From a virus, in IMG/VR virus record IMGVR_UViG_3300041097_000006: a stretch of DNA of 64,000 nt. The stretch is one strand, 5' to 3'. A program made the position numbers and the translations under genes. The notes beneath the pieces are model-generated. The model was not told the DNA's origin and searched no databases. It saw nothing but the letters and a program-made list of their open reading frames with translations. Positions 14,676-23,569 of this stretch are shown one piece after another (position 1 is the first letter of the stretch; each line of letters begins with the position of its first letter).

Positions 14676-14881
14676 CTATATCCTTCCCGCATCACAATGC
14701 GCTCCTGCGGGTGGGTGAGGCCCTGGAACGCCCTGACAGATCCCGCCGGGATGTGATCGGGGGCATCGAGAGGCCCGTGATACCCGAGGATGTTCGTGTG
14801 GGAACTCCAGGTGGCGATCTTTGGAGACACTCCCTGGAGCCCCCACACGGCCCCGCGGAATAGTTGCTGAGGGTGGATCAT
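14672..14881 (-). CDS. Hypothetical protein (69 aa)
   Basis: ATGA overlaps with neighbours on both sides. Confidence 0.55.
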   Translation of the reverse strand: MIHPQQLFRGAVWGLQGVSPKIATWSSHTNILGYHGPLDAPDHIPAGSVRAFQGLTHPQERIVMREGYR

Positions 14882-15063
14882 TTCGTGCCCCCTGTTGATG
14901 TGTGGAGCTCGATCTCCCCGACTACGCCCCGGCCGGGCGTGCCGACGGTGCTACGGTCGATCCAGGTAAATCGCACCGCGGTAACCCGCAGACCGTAGGT
15001 ATCGGACAGCTCCTGGGCCACCCGACGCAGCGCCTCATGGGCCGCAGCCTCCGCGATTGTCAT
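14878..15063 (-). CDS. Hypothetical protein (61 aa)
   Basis: MTIAEAAAHEALRRVAQEL...; ATGA-coupled. Confidence 0.55.
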   Translation of the reverse strand: MTIAEAAAHEALRRVAQELSDTYGLRVTAVRFTWIDRSTVGTPGRGVVGEIELHTSTGGTK

Positions 15064-15284
15064 AGCCGCCCCCGCCCCGTCATCTGCCCCCGACAGATCG
15101 CTAGGAACGAATGCCCCGTCGATGTCACGGCCAACCGGGCGCCGTCGGTGGCGCCGCGGGCAGGGGTTACCCGCGCATACCCGCCGGCCAGCAGATCCAT
15201 GACCGACTGCCGCGGGAATGTTTCCACCGGGGCCCCGAGGCTCCCGAACCGTGTCAGGCATTGCACTGCGGTCGATATGCGCAT
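15060..15284 (-). CDS. Hypothetical protein (74 aa)
   Basis: MRISTAVQCL...; fills the gap in a tightly packed operon. Confidence 0.5.
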   Translation of the reverse strand: MRISTAVQCLTRFGSLGAPVETFPRQSVMDLLAGGYARVTPARGATDGARLAVTSTGHSFLAICRGQMTGRGRL

Positions 15285-15285
15285 G

Positions 15286-15597
15286 TCATTCTCCCCCGTT
15301 GAGCATTGCAATTCGGTCGCGTCCCTCCGCGTCGATGATCGAGATAGACCCCTCCGGCCAGCGCACCACCCCCACGTGTACCGGGTCGCCTTGCCCATCC
15401 CGGTGGAATACCAGGGGGAGGTCCGGCCGCGCGCCGAGCTCAATCAGTTCGTCCATGTGGTGACGCTGGACCAGGGTCAAGCCATCGACGCAACGCTCAC
15501 GGAACGCATCGGCCCGCCGTTCCAGCCACAGCCACGATGCGACCACTAGGGCGAGCGCCGAGGCAGCGCCCAGGGCGGCGATATGTACGGTTTCCAT
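15286..15597 (-). CDS. Small protein with N-terminal transmembrane helix (103 aa)
   Basis: IAALGAASALALVVASWLWL; AGGAG SD; first gene after the 15661 promoter. Confidence 0.65.
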   Translation of the reverse strand: METVHIAALGAASALALVVASWLWLERRADAFRERCVDGLTLVQRHHMDELIELGARPDLPLVFHRDGQGDPVHVGVVRWPEGSISIIDAEGRDRIAMLNGGE

Positions 15598-15660
15598 GAT
15601 GCACTCCTGATTAGATTAGATTGGATTTACTGCGGTGGCCCTGTTGCTTGCCACGATTCG

Positions 15661-15712
15661 ATTATAGTCACCGTGACTATGGAGTCAAGGATTTTTTTAG
15701 CCACGGTGACTA
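15661..15712 (-). promoter_or_regulatory. sigma70 promoter overlapped by two palindromic operators
   Basis: Minus strand TTGACT-16bp-TATAAT; ATAGTCAC-C-GTGACTAT at 15664-15680 and TAGCCAC-G-GTGACTA at 15698-15712. Confidence 0.75.
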
Positions 15713-15728
15713 ACCTGGGGTTACCGGG

Positions 15729-16175
15729 TCAATAGGACCATTGCAGTAGGTCGTCCCGGGAACAGCCGACGGCCGCGGCCCCGTCGTCGATAGTGGCGAA
15801 CAGGATGTGCCCAGGCATGGACCGCATGCGGGAATGCACGTGAATGGGCTCACCGTCCCGCAGGGCGGACTCCACCATCCGTTTGTTGTACTCCGCGAAC
15901 GACCCGGCGAGGGCAGAGCCGGCCGCCGCCTTGTCGGTACGCGGCCAGGAGTCGATGACCAGCCCCACACGCCGTGTGCCGACGCATTTCGTAACCGGCG
16001 GGGGGCGGAGCGCGTCGAACAGTTCGCGCAGGCGCGCGTCGTCGATGCCGAGGGACAACACCGCGGCCTCGATTTGCGCCGTAGCGTCCCGAACGCCATC
16101 GTCATACGACGCGGCATACAGAGGGGAGACGGCCGCACTCAGGACGGCCAGGATTACCGCAACGATCAGTTTCAT
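15729..16175 (-). CDS. Secreted/periplasmic hypothetical protein (signal peptide)
   Basis: MKLIVAVILAVLSAAVSPLYA signal-like N-terminus; AGGAGG SD. Confidence 0.7.
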   Translation of the reverse strand: MKLIVAVILAVLSAAVSPLYAASYDDGVRDATAQIEAAVLSLGIDDARLRELFDALRPPPVTKCVGTRRVGLVIDSWPRTDKAAAGSALAGSFAEYNKRMVESALRDGEPIHVHSRMRSMPGHILFATIDDGAAAVGCSRDDLLQWSY

Positions 16176-16246
16176 GGTGGTGCCTCCTAGTAAAGTGAAA
16201 ACGAATTACGGTCCGCATTCGTCATCTACCCATGGGCACCTCCTAT

Positions 16247-18220
16247 CTAACCGCAATCCGCCCCTGGGGCTGCCTCCGGGTCGGGGGCCCACCCTGGGAT
16301 TGTGACGGTCCCGTCCGATAATACTCGCGCCAGACCCCCCTCGATCAGGGAGCGGTGCGCCTCCGCCCACCGGGCGCGGGGCAGCCCACCCTTGCCTCCG
16401 TCTTCCAGACCCCCTGTGGCGGCCATCTGCCAGTCTTTGAGCGTGACGGGCTGCCCGTGAACGAGCAGAGCATCCAGGATGTCCAGGGCGAACTGCTGAT
16501 TGGGGCGCAGCTTGCGGTTCCGGAGGGGCGCCGGGGGCGGAGGCTCGCCCCGTACGATCACCGCGGATCGCAGCAGCTCGCCCGCATCATCCACCCATCC
16601 GAACGGCAGCGTCACGTCACGTAACTGAAACGCATAGTCCGGTGGCACCGCGCCGTCCTTCATCTTCCCGCACGACAGTACAATGGCGTCATCCTCCCGG
16701 CGGGCACTGAACTCCACATCGACGGCCCCCCGGAACGCTCCGGACCCCCTGGCCTGCCCGGTGTTTTTCGCCGTGTGATGCACGACCAGCACCGTGCAGC
16801 CATACCGCTCCCGGATCGCGTCCAGTTCCGCGATGAATCGCCCGGCATCAAGTGCCGAGTTTTCGTCGCCGCCGATAAACGCCCGGGCCAGCGTGTCGAT
16901 CACGATCAGTGCAGGGGGTGCGCTCAGGGCGTCTATCTCCGACGTGAGTTCGGCTACGTCGGCCGGCGACAGGAACCTGACGGCGCGGGCCGAGACCCGC
17001 ACTGGGCAGCCGGCTAGGGGGGTTTTGCGGTCCTCCTCCCACGCCCTCGCGCGGCGGGCAATGCCGGCGTGGCCCTCGCCTGCCACGTACACGACAGGAC
17101 CGGTATTTACCCGGCATCCGTGCCACTCCGTACCGGTCGCAACGGCCAGGGCCATGTCCAGGGCGAGAAACGATTTCCCGGCCCCCGGCTCACCCTGGAG
17201 CATCGCCAGTACACCATGCTCCAGGACTCCCGCAATCTGCCACCGCAGCACCTGCGGCCGGGCGGTTAGCGTGTCCAGTGGGATCAGCAGGCCACCGGCA
17301 GGTATACGGATGGGATCGGCCGCCCGGCGTTGATGCAGCACTCGTTCGCATCGCTGGCACGCGCCGAGTACTGTGGCGCGGGCGTAGTCCTCCCGTTGCC
17401 ACTTTTCGCGCACCAGGGCGGACTGTCGCGCCAGCCGCCACATGCGGGCGGCATCACGTCCGGTCCAGAATGCGAGGTGCGCGAACAGTGCCGCGTCGGC
17501 GCTGGAACGGTCATACGCGTCCCCCGACGGGGACGGGTAGGCCCGCGCCAGCGCGTCGGCGTTGCCCTCCCACAGCTCGCGCAGCGTGGCGCGCTCGCCG
17601 AACACCGCGGCACCGCCGGGACGCGATGACAGCATCATATGGATTAGCTCCGCGTCGTCCGGGGGGCCGGACCAGTCGGGAGATGGACCGCGGGTCCAGT
17701 CGGCTGCGGGGATCGGCGCGGGGGTGGGCGCGAAATACCGCTGCGCCACGGTCGCCAACGGGGCGGAGCAATCCGCGTCCAGGTCGCCCCGCGCGCTGGT
17801 GCCGGTCAGAGCTACGAAACGATCCCGCGTGTAGAGCTCGATCCCGAGGCGGGCGTCCTTGCATCGGTGGGGCGGGGCGGCCCCCTGGTATCGGCCGATG
17901 ATGTGTAGGCCCTCGCCCGATTGCGACACCTCGGCGTAGGCGCCCGGGAACTGCGCCAGCAGATCAACAGCCAGGGGGGAGGGCGTGCCGTCGGTGATAG
18001 CGTGGTCGATATCCAGCAGGAACCGCTGCGAATCGCCGTTTATCACCAGGGCGATACCGCTGGCGTCGCGGAATGGCAGAACCGCCTCGGCGGCGTCCCG
18101 CGTTACCCATTGTGTGGGGTCGTGAGCGTTACATACCGCGCCCGTGTGGGGGGAGATGGGCAGCTTGTCCGTCCGTGTTCCACGGGATACGAGGCGATAC
18201 AGGATGTATTCCGCCGTCAT
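16247..18220 (-). CDS. Primase-polymerase (NrS-1-like AEP) fused to AAA_25/RepA-type helicase
   Basis: LDID...YAEVSQSGEGLH...IELY..DRFVALTG; DRSSADAAL..HLAFWTG; GEPGAGKS, VIDTL, VVHHTAK, RGSGA. Confidence 0.88.
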   Translation of the reverse strand: MTAEYILYRLVSRGTRTDKLPISPHTGAVCNAHDPTQWVTRDAAEAVLPFRDASGIALVINGDSQRFLLDIDHAITDGTPSPLAVDLLAQFPGAYAEVSQSGEGLHIIGRYQGAAPPHRCKDARLGIELYTRDRFVALTGTSARGDLDADCSAPLATVAQRYFAPTPAPIPAADWTRGPSPDWSGPPDDAELIHMMLSSRPGGAAVFGERATLRELWEGNADALARAYPSPSGDAYDRSSADAALFAHLAFWTGRDAARMWRLARQSALVREKWQREDYARATVLGACQRCERVLHQRRAADPIRIPAGGLLIPLDTLTARPQVLRWQIAGVLEHGVLAMLQGEPGAGKSFLALDMALAVATGTEWHGCRVNTGPVVYVAGEGHAGIARRARAWEEDRKTPLAGCPVRVSARAVRFLSPADVAELTSEIDALSAPPALIVIDTLARAFIGGDENSALDAGRFIAELDAIRERYGCTVLVVHHTAKNTGQARGSGAFRGAVDVEFSARREDDAIVLSCGKMKDGAVPPDYAFQLRDVTLPFGWVDDAGELLRSAVIVRGEPPPPAPLRNRKLRPNQQFALDILDALLVHGQPVTLKDWQMAATGGLEDGGKGGLPRARWAEAHRSLIEGGLARVLSDGTVTIPGWAPDPEAAPGADCG

Positions 18221-18513
18221 GTCTCTGGCCCCGTCAGAGAGGCCAACGCCCGGGCGCGTACCCCCTCCGGTAGATCGCGCGCCGACGGGTGCCGCATGGC
18301 GATGGCCCCGGCCAGGAATCGCCACTCCCCGCGGGCTGCCGCATGTGCCACCAGCTCCGTCATGAGTCCGCCCATGGACCCGAAGTGGTACGACACCAGC
18401 GCCGGGGCGCATTTCGCGCGGCGGGCGACGCGCAGCCGCGTGATCCCCGCGGGCCCATACTGTGCTGCCACGTTATACGCAGCCCGCATAATCCGTTCGT
18501 GCGGACGGGTCAC
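18217..18513 (-). CDS. TetR-like helix-turn-helix protein
   Basis: ERIMRAA..VA...G...ITRLRVARRAKCAPALVSYHFGSMGGL. Confidence 0.75.
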   Translation of the reverse strand: MTRPHERIMRAAYNVAAQYGPAGITRLRVARRAKCAPALVSYHFGSMGGLMTELVAHAAARGEWRFLAGAIAMRHPSARDLPEGVRARALASLTGPET

Positions 18514-18896
18514 GGTTTCGCCCCCACACCGCCAGCAATGATACTCATGGCATCGGCCGGGCTAGTAGCGAATCCGGCCAGCCCGCCGAAGCTGCGCACT
18601 GCGGCGATGAACCGCATCTGTGCCCGCTCGCGCTCAGTACGAACGCCCGGCCAACCTGGGCGCTTGCATTCGATAGCTACGAATTTCCCGCTGGGGCGCG
18701 CTATGCCGATTAGATCGCTGGATTTGATCTGCGCATTGACGGCTGCCGAATCGTTCGCCAGGCCGAACCGGATGGGCCGCCCCGCCTCGTTTTTCGCCAC
18801 CCCCGTGTTATTCCGCCACAGGATGACCCCGCGTTTTGCCAGGTCCAGGCGGATCGCGGCGGCGACCTCCGACTCAGTGGGGGCGGAGGGGTTCAC
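18510..18896 (-). CDS. VRR-NUC domain nuclease
   Basis: ESEV..AIR..L...G..LWRNNTG, SSDLIG, FVAIECKRPG, Q.RFI..V...GGLAGFA; start uncertain. Confidence 0.88.
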   Translation of the reverse strand: MNPSAPTESEVAAAIRLDLAKRGVILWRNNTGVAKNEAGRPIRFGLANDSAAVNAQIKSSDLIGIARPSGKFVAIECKRPGWPGVRTERERAQMRFIAAVRSFGGLAGFATSPADAMSIIAGGVGAKP

Positions 18897-19110
18897 GGTG
18901 CGACATCCCGGTAGCGTATTCCCCGAGGTCCTGTATCGCGGATTCAGCCGATGCCTCAGATACCGCGAGTAGCCTCGCGGCGGCAAAGGCCCCGGCGTAA
19001 AATGCCGCGCGCAGCCGGATGACCTCCCCTGTCGAGGCGCCCGCAGCCAGTAGATCGGGCTCTAAGTCCGCCCAGTGGTCGTTTAGTACCCCCATGATCC
19101 CCCCCGTCAT
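18874..19110 (-). CDS. Hypothetical protein (78 aa)
   Basis: RLRAAFYAGA motif common in small phage proteins; coupled to the helicase stop. Confidence 0.55.
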   Translation of the reverse strand: MTGGIMGVLNDHWADLEPDLLAAGASTGEVIRLRAAFYAGAFAAARLLAVSEASAESAIQDLGEYATGMSHREPLRPH

Positions 19111-20747
19111 TTTTCCATCCTCTCTAAAATGCGCTCCCGAAGCGCGTCCGCCTCCGGCCGTCCTAGCGCCTGCGCGCTTAGCGAGTCGATGCCGAACGCA
19201 TGAAAAAATTTGCGATGTCGTTCCCGCTCGCTCAGGCCCGCGTCACGCTGCACCCCGGCCCACTGTGCCATGGCGTCACGCAAGGCGCGCTGGGCATCCC
19301 GCCGCAGCCGGTGGGCCTTGATGTACCCATGCACCGCCGCGGCCGGGGCATTGCCGTGCTGGAGCCGGGCGAGCTCCGGTGGGGTGTCGGCCAGCACCGC
19401 ATCCGCCCGGCTGCGCAGCGCCGCCAGCGCCTCGGGGGTCAGCTCGTACAGGTCGCCGTCAACCTCGGAGGGCCGGGAGCGCGGCACCCGTTGCGGCGAG
19501 ACGCCGCAGTACGGGCATTCGGTCCGGTGGGCCTCGTAGGCCAGGTAGCATGCAGGGCAGGTACGAACGGGGATGGCCCCGGGGTTCTCCCGCTGCCGGC
19601 GTTTGCGTGCGTCCAGGGTCCAGACCCGCGGTGCGTCCGGGAGGCCATGGCGCAGCACGTTTCCCACGTGGTCGATAACGATGGCGTGGGCTTTACCGTC
19701 CATCGGCCGCAGGGCGCGCCCGAATTGCTGCGCATAGACGTTGTAGGACTGCGTGGGGCGGGCGAACGATACGACCTCGATAGCCGGCAGGTCGAAACCC
19801 TCGCCGAACAGGTCGACGTTCACCAGCTGGAGGATCTGGCGGCGCCGGAATCGCCGAATCGCCCCCGTGCGGGTCGCGTCGTCCGTATTCGCGCTCACGG
19901 CCTCGGCGGGCACGCCGGCAGCGCAATACTGGGCTGCGATCTGCTCCGCCAGCTCAACGTCTGGCGCGAACGTCACGCCGAGTTTCCCGGGGGCGATGCG
20001 TCGGTACTGCTCCACCACGTCGCCCACAATGTGACTTTCGTGCGCCCGCTTACGCATCTGTGGTAGCGAAAAATCCCCGGTCGTCTTACTGACTGGTACA
20101 CCCGTCATGTCTAGATCGGACGGCGGGCAGAATACCCGGTAGTCGGTCAGGTATCCCTGCCCGATCAGTTCACGCATTCCGGGGCCGGAGACCAGGGCAT
20201 CAAATACGCCGTCGGCATGACGCCCCAGGCCGCGCCCGTCGGCACGCCCCGGCGTGGCCGTCACACCTAGACCCCGCGCCTGGGGGAACATCGCCGCCGC
20301 GAGGCCCCACTTATTCCCGGTGAGAACGTGGTGCGCTTCGTCCTGGACCCACAGCCGCACTGAGCTGGCCCATGCGCGTAGGTCTGCCTCTCGGGCCACC
20401 AGGGTATCCACTGACGCCACCGCGACGGCGCTGGACGCGTCGTAATAGCTGCGGCCGGTCTCCTCCACGTGATACCGCGCGCAGAACTGAACGACCTCAC
20501 GGGGGCCGATGACCCGGTGCCGTACGCCCTCGCGGGCCAGGGCCAGGCTGATCTGTGACACCAGCTCGCGGCGGTGCGCGATGGCGCAGACGGCGCCCGC
20601 GGTCTCGCGGATGATGCGGGCGAGGATGACCGTTTTGCCGCCCCCGGTCGGGAGCTGTAGCAGCACGCTCTGTGCCGCCTCCCAGGCAGCCCGCGTCTGC
20701 TCTATGAGCGCAGCTTGATGCGGTCGTAACGTAATATGACTAGTCAT
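19107..20747 (-). CDS. SF2 (DEAH; RadD/YejH-like) helicase with C-terminal zinc finger
   Basis: LRPHQ, LPTGGGKT, DEAHH, GVTATP, FGEGFDLP, QQFGRALR, CPAC...CPYCG. Confidence 0.93.
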   Translation of the reverse strand: MTSHITLRPHQAALIEQTRAAWEAAQSVLLQLPTGGGKTVILARIIRETAGAVCAIAHRRELVSQISLALAREGVRHRVIGPREVVQFCARYHVEETGRSYYDASSAVAVASVDTLVAREADLRAWASSVRLWVQDEAHHVLTGNKWGLAAAMFPQARGLGVTATPGRADGRGLGRHADGVFDALVSGPGMRELIGQGYLTDYRVFCPPSDLDMTGVPVSKTTGDFSLPQMRKRAHESHIVGDVVEQYRRIAPGKLGVTFAPDVELAEQIAAQYCAAGVPAEAVSANTDDATRTGAIRRFRRRQILQLVNVDLFGEGFDLPAIEVVSFARPTQSYNVYAQQFGRALRPMDGKAHAIVIDHVGNVLRHGLPDAPRVWTLDARKRRQRENPGAIPVRTCPACYLAYEAHRTECPYCGVSPQRVPRSRPSEVDGDLYELTPEALAALRSRADAVLADTPPELARLQHGNAPAAAVHGYIKAHRLRRDAQRALRDAMAQWAGVQRDAGLSERERHRKFFHAFGIDSLSAQALGRPEADALRERILERMEK

Positions 20748-20763
20748 CGTTCGTAAGTTTTTA

Positions 20764-20793
20764 TTGACCGCGCCGTCAAACGTGCCGTATATT
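20764..20793 (+). promoter_or_regulatory. Probable rightward promoter in the divergent helicase/replication gap
   Basis: TTGACC-18bp-TATATT; -35 embedded in inverted repeat TTGAC-n6-GTCAA; AGGAG SD before ATG 20841. Confidence 0.45.
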
Positions 20794-20840
20794 ACGCATG
20801 CGTCCCGCCGGTATGCAACCACTAAATAGGAGATTGATCG

Positions 20841-21488
20841 ATGTCCATTACGCTACATATCGCGGGGGCCACCGTGGCCGACGTGATCCGCAACGCTCAA
20901 GCGGCCTTGGCCGAGCTCACCGGGACGGGGCGTCCGCCGTTCGCCGGCCCCCAGGAGGTCAAGGCGCCCGGAGCGGGCGTGAATTACGACCCGCCCAAGC
21001 CGCCCCCGACCGAATCGGAGGGCGGCGACGCTGACGGGGCCGCCGGGGATACCTCTGGGGCGGATTCGGCGGGCCTGCCGTGGGACGAACGTATCCACAG
21101 TCGCACCGGCTCGAAAAACGCGGATGGTACGTGGCGCCAGAAGCGCGGCGTGGCGGCCACGGTCCTGAATGCCGTGCTCTCGGAGCTGCGCGCCCGGGTG
21201 GCGCCTGAACCGGCCGCGCCCGCCACCCCGACGGCCGCGCCCGAACCGGAGGCCGCGTTCCCATGGGACGCCCCGGCGGCCCCCATCGCGCCGCAGATCA
21301 CGCACGAAGGGCTGTTGGCGCAGATCACGAAGGCCATTACCGGCGGGGGCTTGAGTAATGCCGGTATCATGGGGCTGCTGTCCGAGCACGGCGTAAAGTC
21401 CGCGCAGGAACTCATGGCTCGCCCCGACACCTGGCCGGACATCTCCCGCAAGATCGCAGAGGGCTACACGGTGCCCTACGGTGGCTAG
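20841..21488 (+). CDS. Conserved APSE-like phage protein
   Basis: GLPWDERIHS.T.SKNADGTWRQKRGV motif; usual position before DUF2800. Confidence 0.75.
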   Translation: MSITLHIAGATVADVIRNAQAALAELTGTGRPPFAGPQEVKAPGAGVNYDPPKPPPTESEGGDADGAAGDTSGADSAGLPWDERIHSRTGSKNADGTWRQKRGVAATVLNAVLSELRARVAPEPAAPATPTAAPEPEAAFPWDAPAAPIAPQITHEGLLAQITKAITGGGLSNAGIMGLLSEHGVKSAQELMARPDTWPDISRKIAEGYTVPYGG

Positions 21489-22515
21489 CATCGCCACCGC
21501 GCCCCGATGGACGCGCTGCCCCGGCTCCCGGGTCTACCCGGAGCCGGAGACGCGCCCCGACGACCCGGCGGGCCAGGCGCTCGCCGTCGCCATGGCGGTA
21601 GCGCACAGCCGCCCCCCGCCCGGATCGGCGGATCGAGAGGTGACGGAGTACGGCCACCGTTTCGGCGAGGCGCTGCGGGAACGGGTGGGCCGGGCGCCGC
21701 TGGTGGTAGCCGCAGCGGTAGAGCCGCTCCCGGGCGTTACCGGCGCAGTCCATGCCGCGAGCATCGCCGGGGGGCTGCTGACGGTATATGAGCTGGCCTA
21801 TGGGCACCGCCCCGTGGAGGTCGCGCGAAACCCGGCGTTGGTGCTTAAAGCCCTCGGTCTGCTGCCGGGCTTGCCGCAGGCGCCGAGCGCCGTACAGTTC
21901 CACGTGTACCAGCCGCGCGCCCCACACCGTCAGGGCGTTTGGAGGCAGTGGGAAATGCGAGCGGAATCCCTGCCGGCGTGGCGCGATCTGTTCGTGAAAA
22001 CGCTGGCAGCCCCGGACACCGTACTGCATTCCGGGCCACACTGTGCCGGCTGTCCAGGGCGCGCAACTTGCCCGGCGCTACGGGGCGCCGCCGAGGCGGC
22101 CATCGACTGCCGGATGACTGGCTCGCCGGAGCGGTTAGGCAACGAGGCCATGGGCCAGGAGCTAGTCATCCTGCACGAGGCCGTGGAGTCGCTTCTAAAC
22201 CGACAGGCGGCCCTGGAGGCGGAGGCCCTGGCGCGAATCGAACGCGGGGGGTTCATCCCTGGATGGTCCGCTGCCCCCGGCCGGGGAAAATCCCGGTGGA
22301 CCGACCCCGCGCAAGTGGGGGCTCTCGGCGACCTGTTCGGGGTAACGATCCGCGACCCGCCCGGTTTAGCGACCCCCGCGGAGGCCCGGCGGCGCTTCAA
22401 GGCCGCCGGGCTGGATGACAGGGTACTGGACCAGTACATTATTCGGCCTGCTACCGCGGTACGGCTGGAGCGGGACACGGGGTCCAACCCTTTCGACGAT
22501 GACATTCCATTCTGA
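21481..22515 (+). CDS. DUF2800 / Cas4-like PD-(D/E)XK Fe-S protein with degenerate active site
   Basis: RW..CPGS and HC..CP....CP retained, YQPR retained; catalytic positions read GAVH and ELAYG; ends DDDIPF. Confidence 0.8.
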   Translation: MASIATAPRWTRCPGSRVYPEPETRPDDPAGQALAVAMAVAHSRPPPGSADREVTEYGHRFGEALRERVGRAPLVVAAAVEPLPGVTGAVHAASIAGGLLTVYELAYGHRPVEVARNPALVLKALGLLPGLPQAPSAVQFHVYQPRAPHRQGVWRQWEMRAESLPAWRDLFVKTLAAPDTVLHSGPHCAGCPGRATCPALRGAAEAAIDCRMTGSPERLGNEAMGQELVILHEAVESLLNRQAALEAEALARIERGGFIPGWSAAPGRGKSRWTDPAQVGALGDLFGVTIRDPPGLATPAEARRRFKAAGLDDRVLDQYIIRPATAVRLERDTGSNPFDDDIPF

Positions 22516-22522
22516 GGTGGCT

Positions 22523-23338
22523 ATGGCAAACGAATCTGAATTTCTACTAACCCCGGTTGGGCGGCTGGTGCAAGGCTCCCCCGGCACCCCTTACACAAAG
22601 GACGCCACCGGCCGCGAGCGTGACCGACCGCAGTATTTTATGGCGGTGGCATTTGAAAAACGTAACGCGGGGACGGCGGCGATGTGGCAGAAAATCCACG
22701 CGAAGGCGCTGGCCGATTGGCGCGGCAACGAAACGCAACGGCCGGACTTCGCATGGAAGGTGCTGGACGGCGACGCCCCGGCGCACGCCGGCAAAGAGGG
22801 ATGGGCCGGATGCATGGTGCTGCGTCTCACGTCGGGGTTCCCCCCGCGCTGCTACGACAGCGGCAACCCGCCGCAGCCGCTCGATCCGGCACAAATCAAA
22901 ACCGGGTATTACGTGCGGTGCAATGTCGGCGTCCGCGGGAACGGGTCGTTGCAGACGCCCGGCATGTACCTGAACCTCGACATGGTGCAGCTGTGCGGGT
23001 ACGGCGCGGAAATTTCCAGCGGCCCGGACGCCGCGGGGATTTTCGGCCAGGCCGCGCCGCTGCCCGCGGGGGCCTCCGCGATGCCCCCGGCTCCGGCCGG
23101 CGCCCCGCCGCAAGCTTCCCCCGGGTATCCGGCTTTTGCCCCGCCGCAAGCTTCCCCCGCGTATCCGGCCCCCGGGCAAACCCTTCCGGCCGATCATCCA
23201 GCGGCCGGATACCCTGCGCCGCCCCAGGCTCCGGCTGTTGCCCCGCCGATGCCGGCGGCACCCACGATGGCGCCACAGCCCGGTGCAGCGCCGTCCGGCC
23301 CGGACTGGGGCTTTCTAACTCCGGGCGCCCCTCAATAG
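22523..23338 (+). CDS. Single-stranded DNA-binding protein (DUF2815 / T7 gp2.5-like) with Pro/Ala-rich tail
   Basis: TPVGRL..GS, FAWKV.DGD, GYYVR..V....N......G.YLNL..VQLCGYG..I; GAGG SD. Confidence 0.85.
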   Translation: MANESEFLLTPVGRLVQGSPGTPYTKDATGRERDRPQYFMAVAFEKRNAGTAAMWQKIHAKALADWRGNETQRPDFAWKVLDGDAPAHAGKEGWAGCMVLRLTSGFPPRCYDSGNPPQPLDPAQIKTGYYVRCNVGVRGNGSLQTPGMYLNLDMVQLCGYGAEISSGPDAAGIFGQAAPLPAGASAMPPAPAGAPPQASPGYPAFAPPQASPAYPAPGQTLPADHPAAGYPAPPQAPAVAPPMPAAPTMAPQPGAAPSGPDWGFLTPGAPQ

Positions 23339-23344
23339 GAGGAT

Positions 23345-23569
23345 ATGACAATGGCACAATCTACCTTTGACCCCCTCGCGGTTCGCCACGCTACGGGCCT
23401 CAACCAGTCCGAATTTTGGGGCAGGCTCGGCGTCACTCAGTCCGGCGGCAGCCGCTACGAACGCGGGCGCCCCTGTCCCGCGCCCGTGTGCCTGTTGCTG
23501 GACGTAGCCTACGGTGACGCCGCGCTCTCCCGCGAGACGGTGAAGCGCCTCCGCACTGGCGATGCGTGA
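23345..23569 (+). CDS. XRE/Cro-like HTH transcriptional regulator
   Basis: VRHATGLNQSEFWGRLGVTQSGGSRYERGRPCP.PV.LLL. Confidence 0.88.
   Translation: MTMAQSTFDPLAVRHATGLNQSEFWGRLGVTQSGGSRYERGRPCPAPVCLLLDVAYGDAALSRETVKRLRTGDA

Noticed and set aside
21481-22515. Cas4-like gene as evidence of a CRISPR-Cas system
   Set aside because: No cas1/cas2 or repeat-spacer array; DUF2800 is a routine member of APSE-like replication modules.
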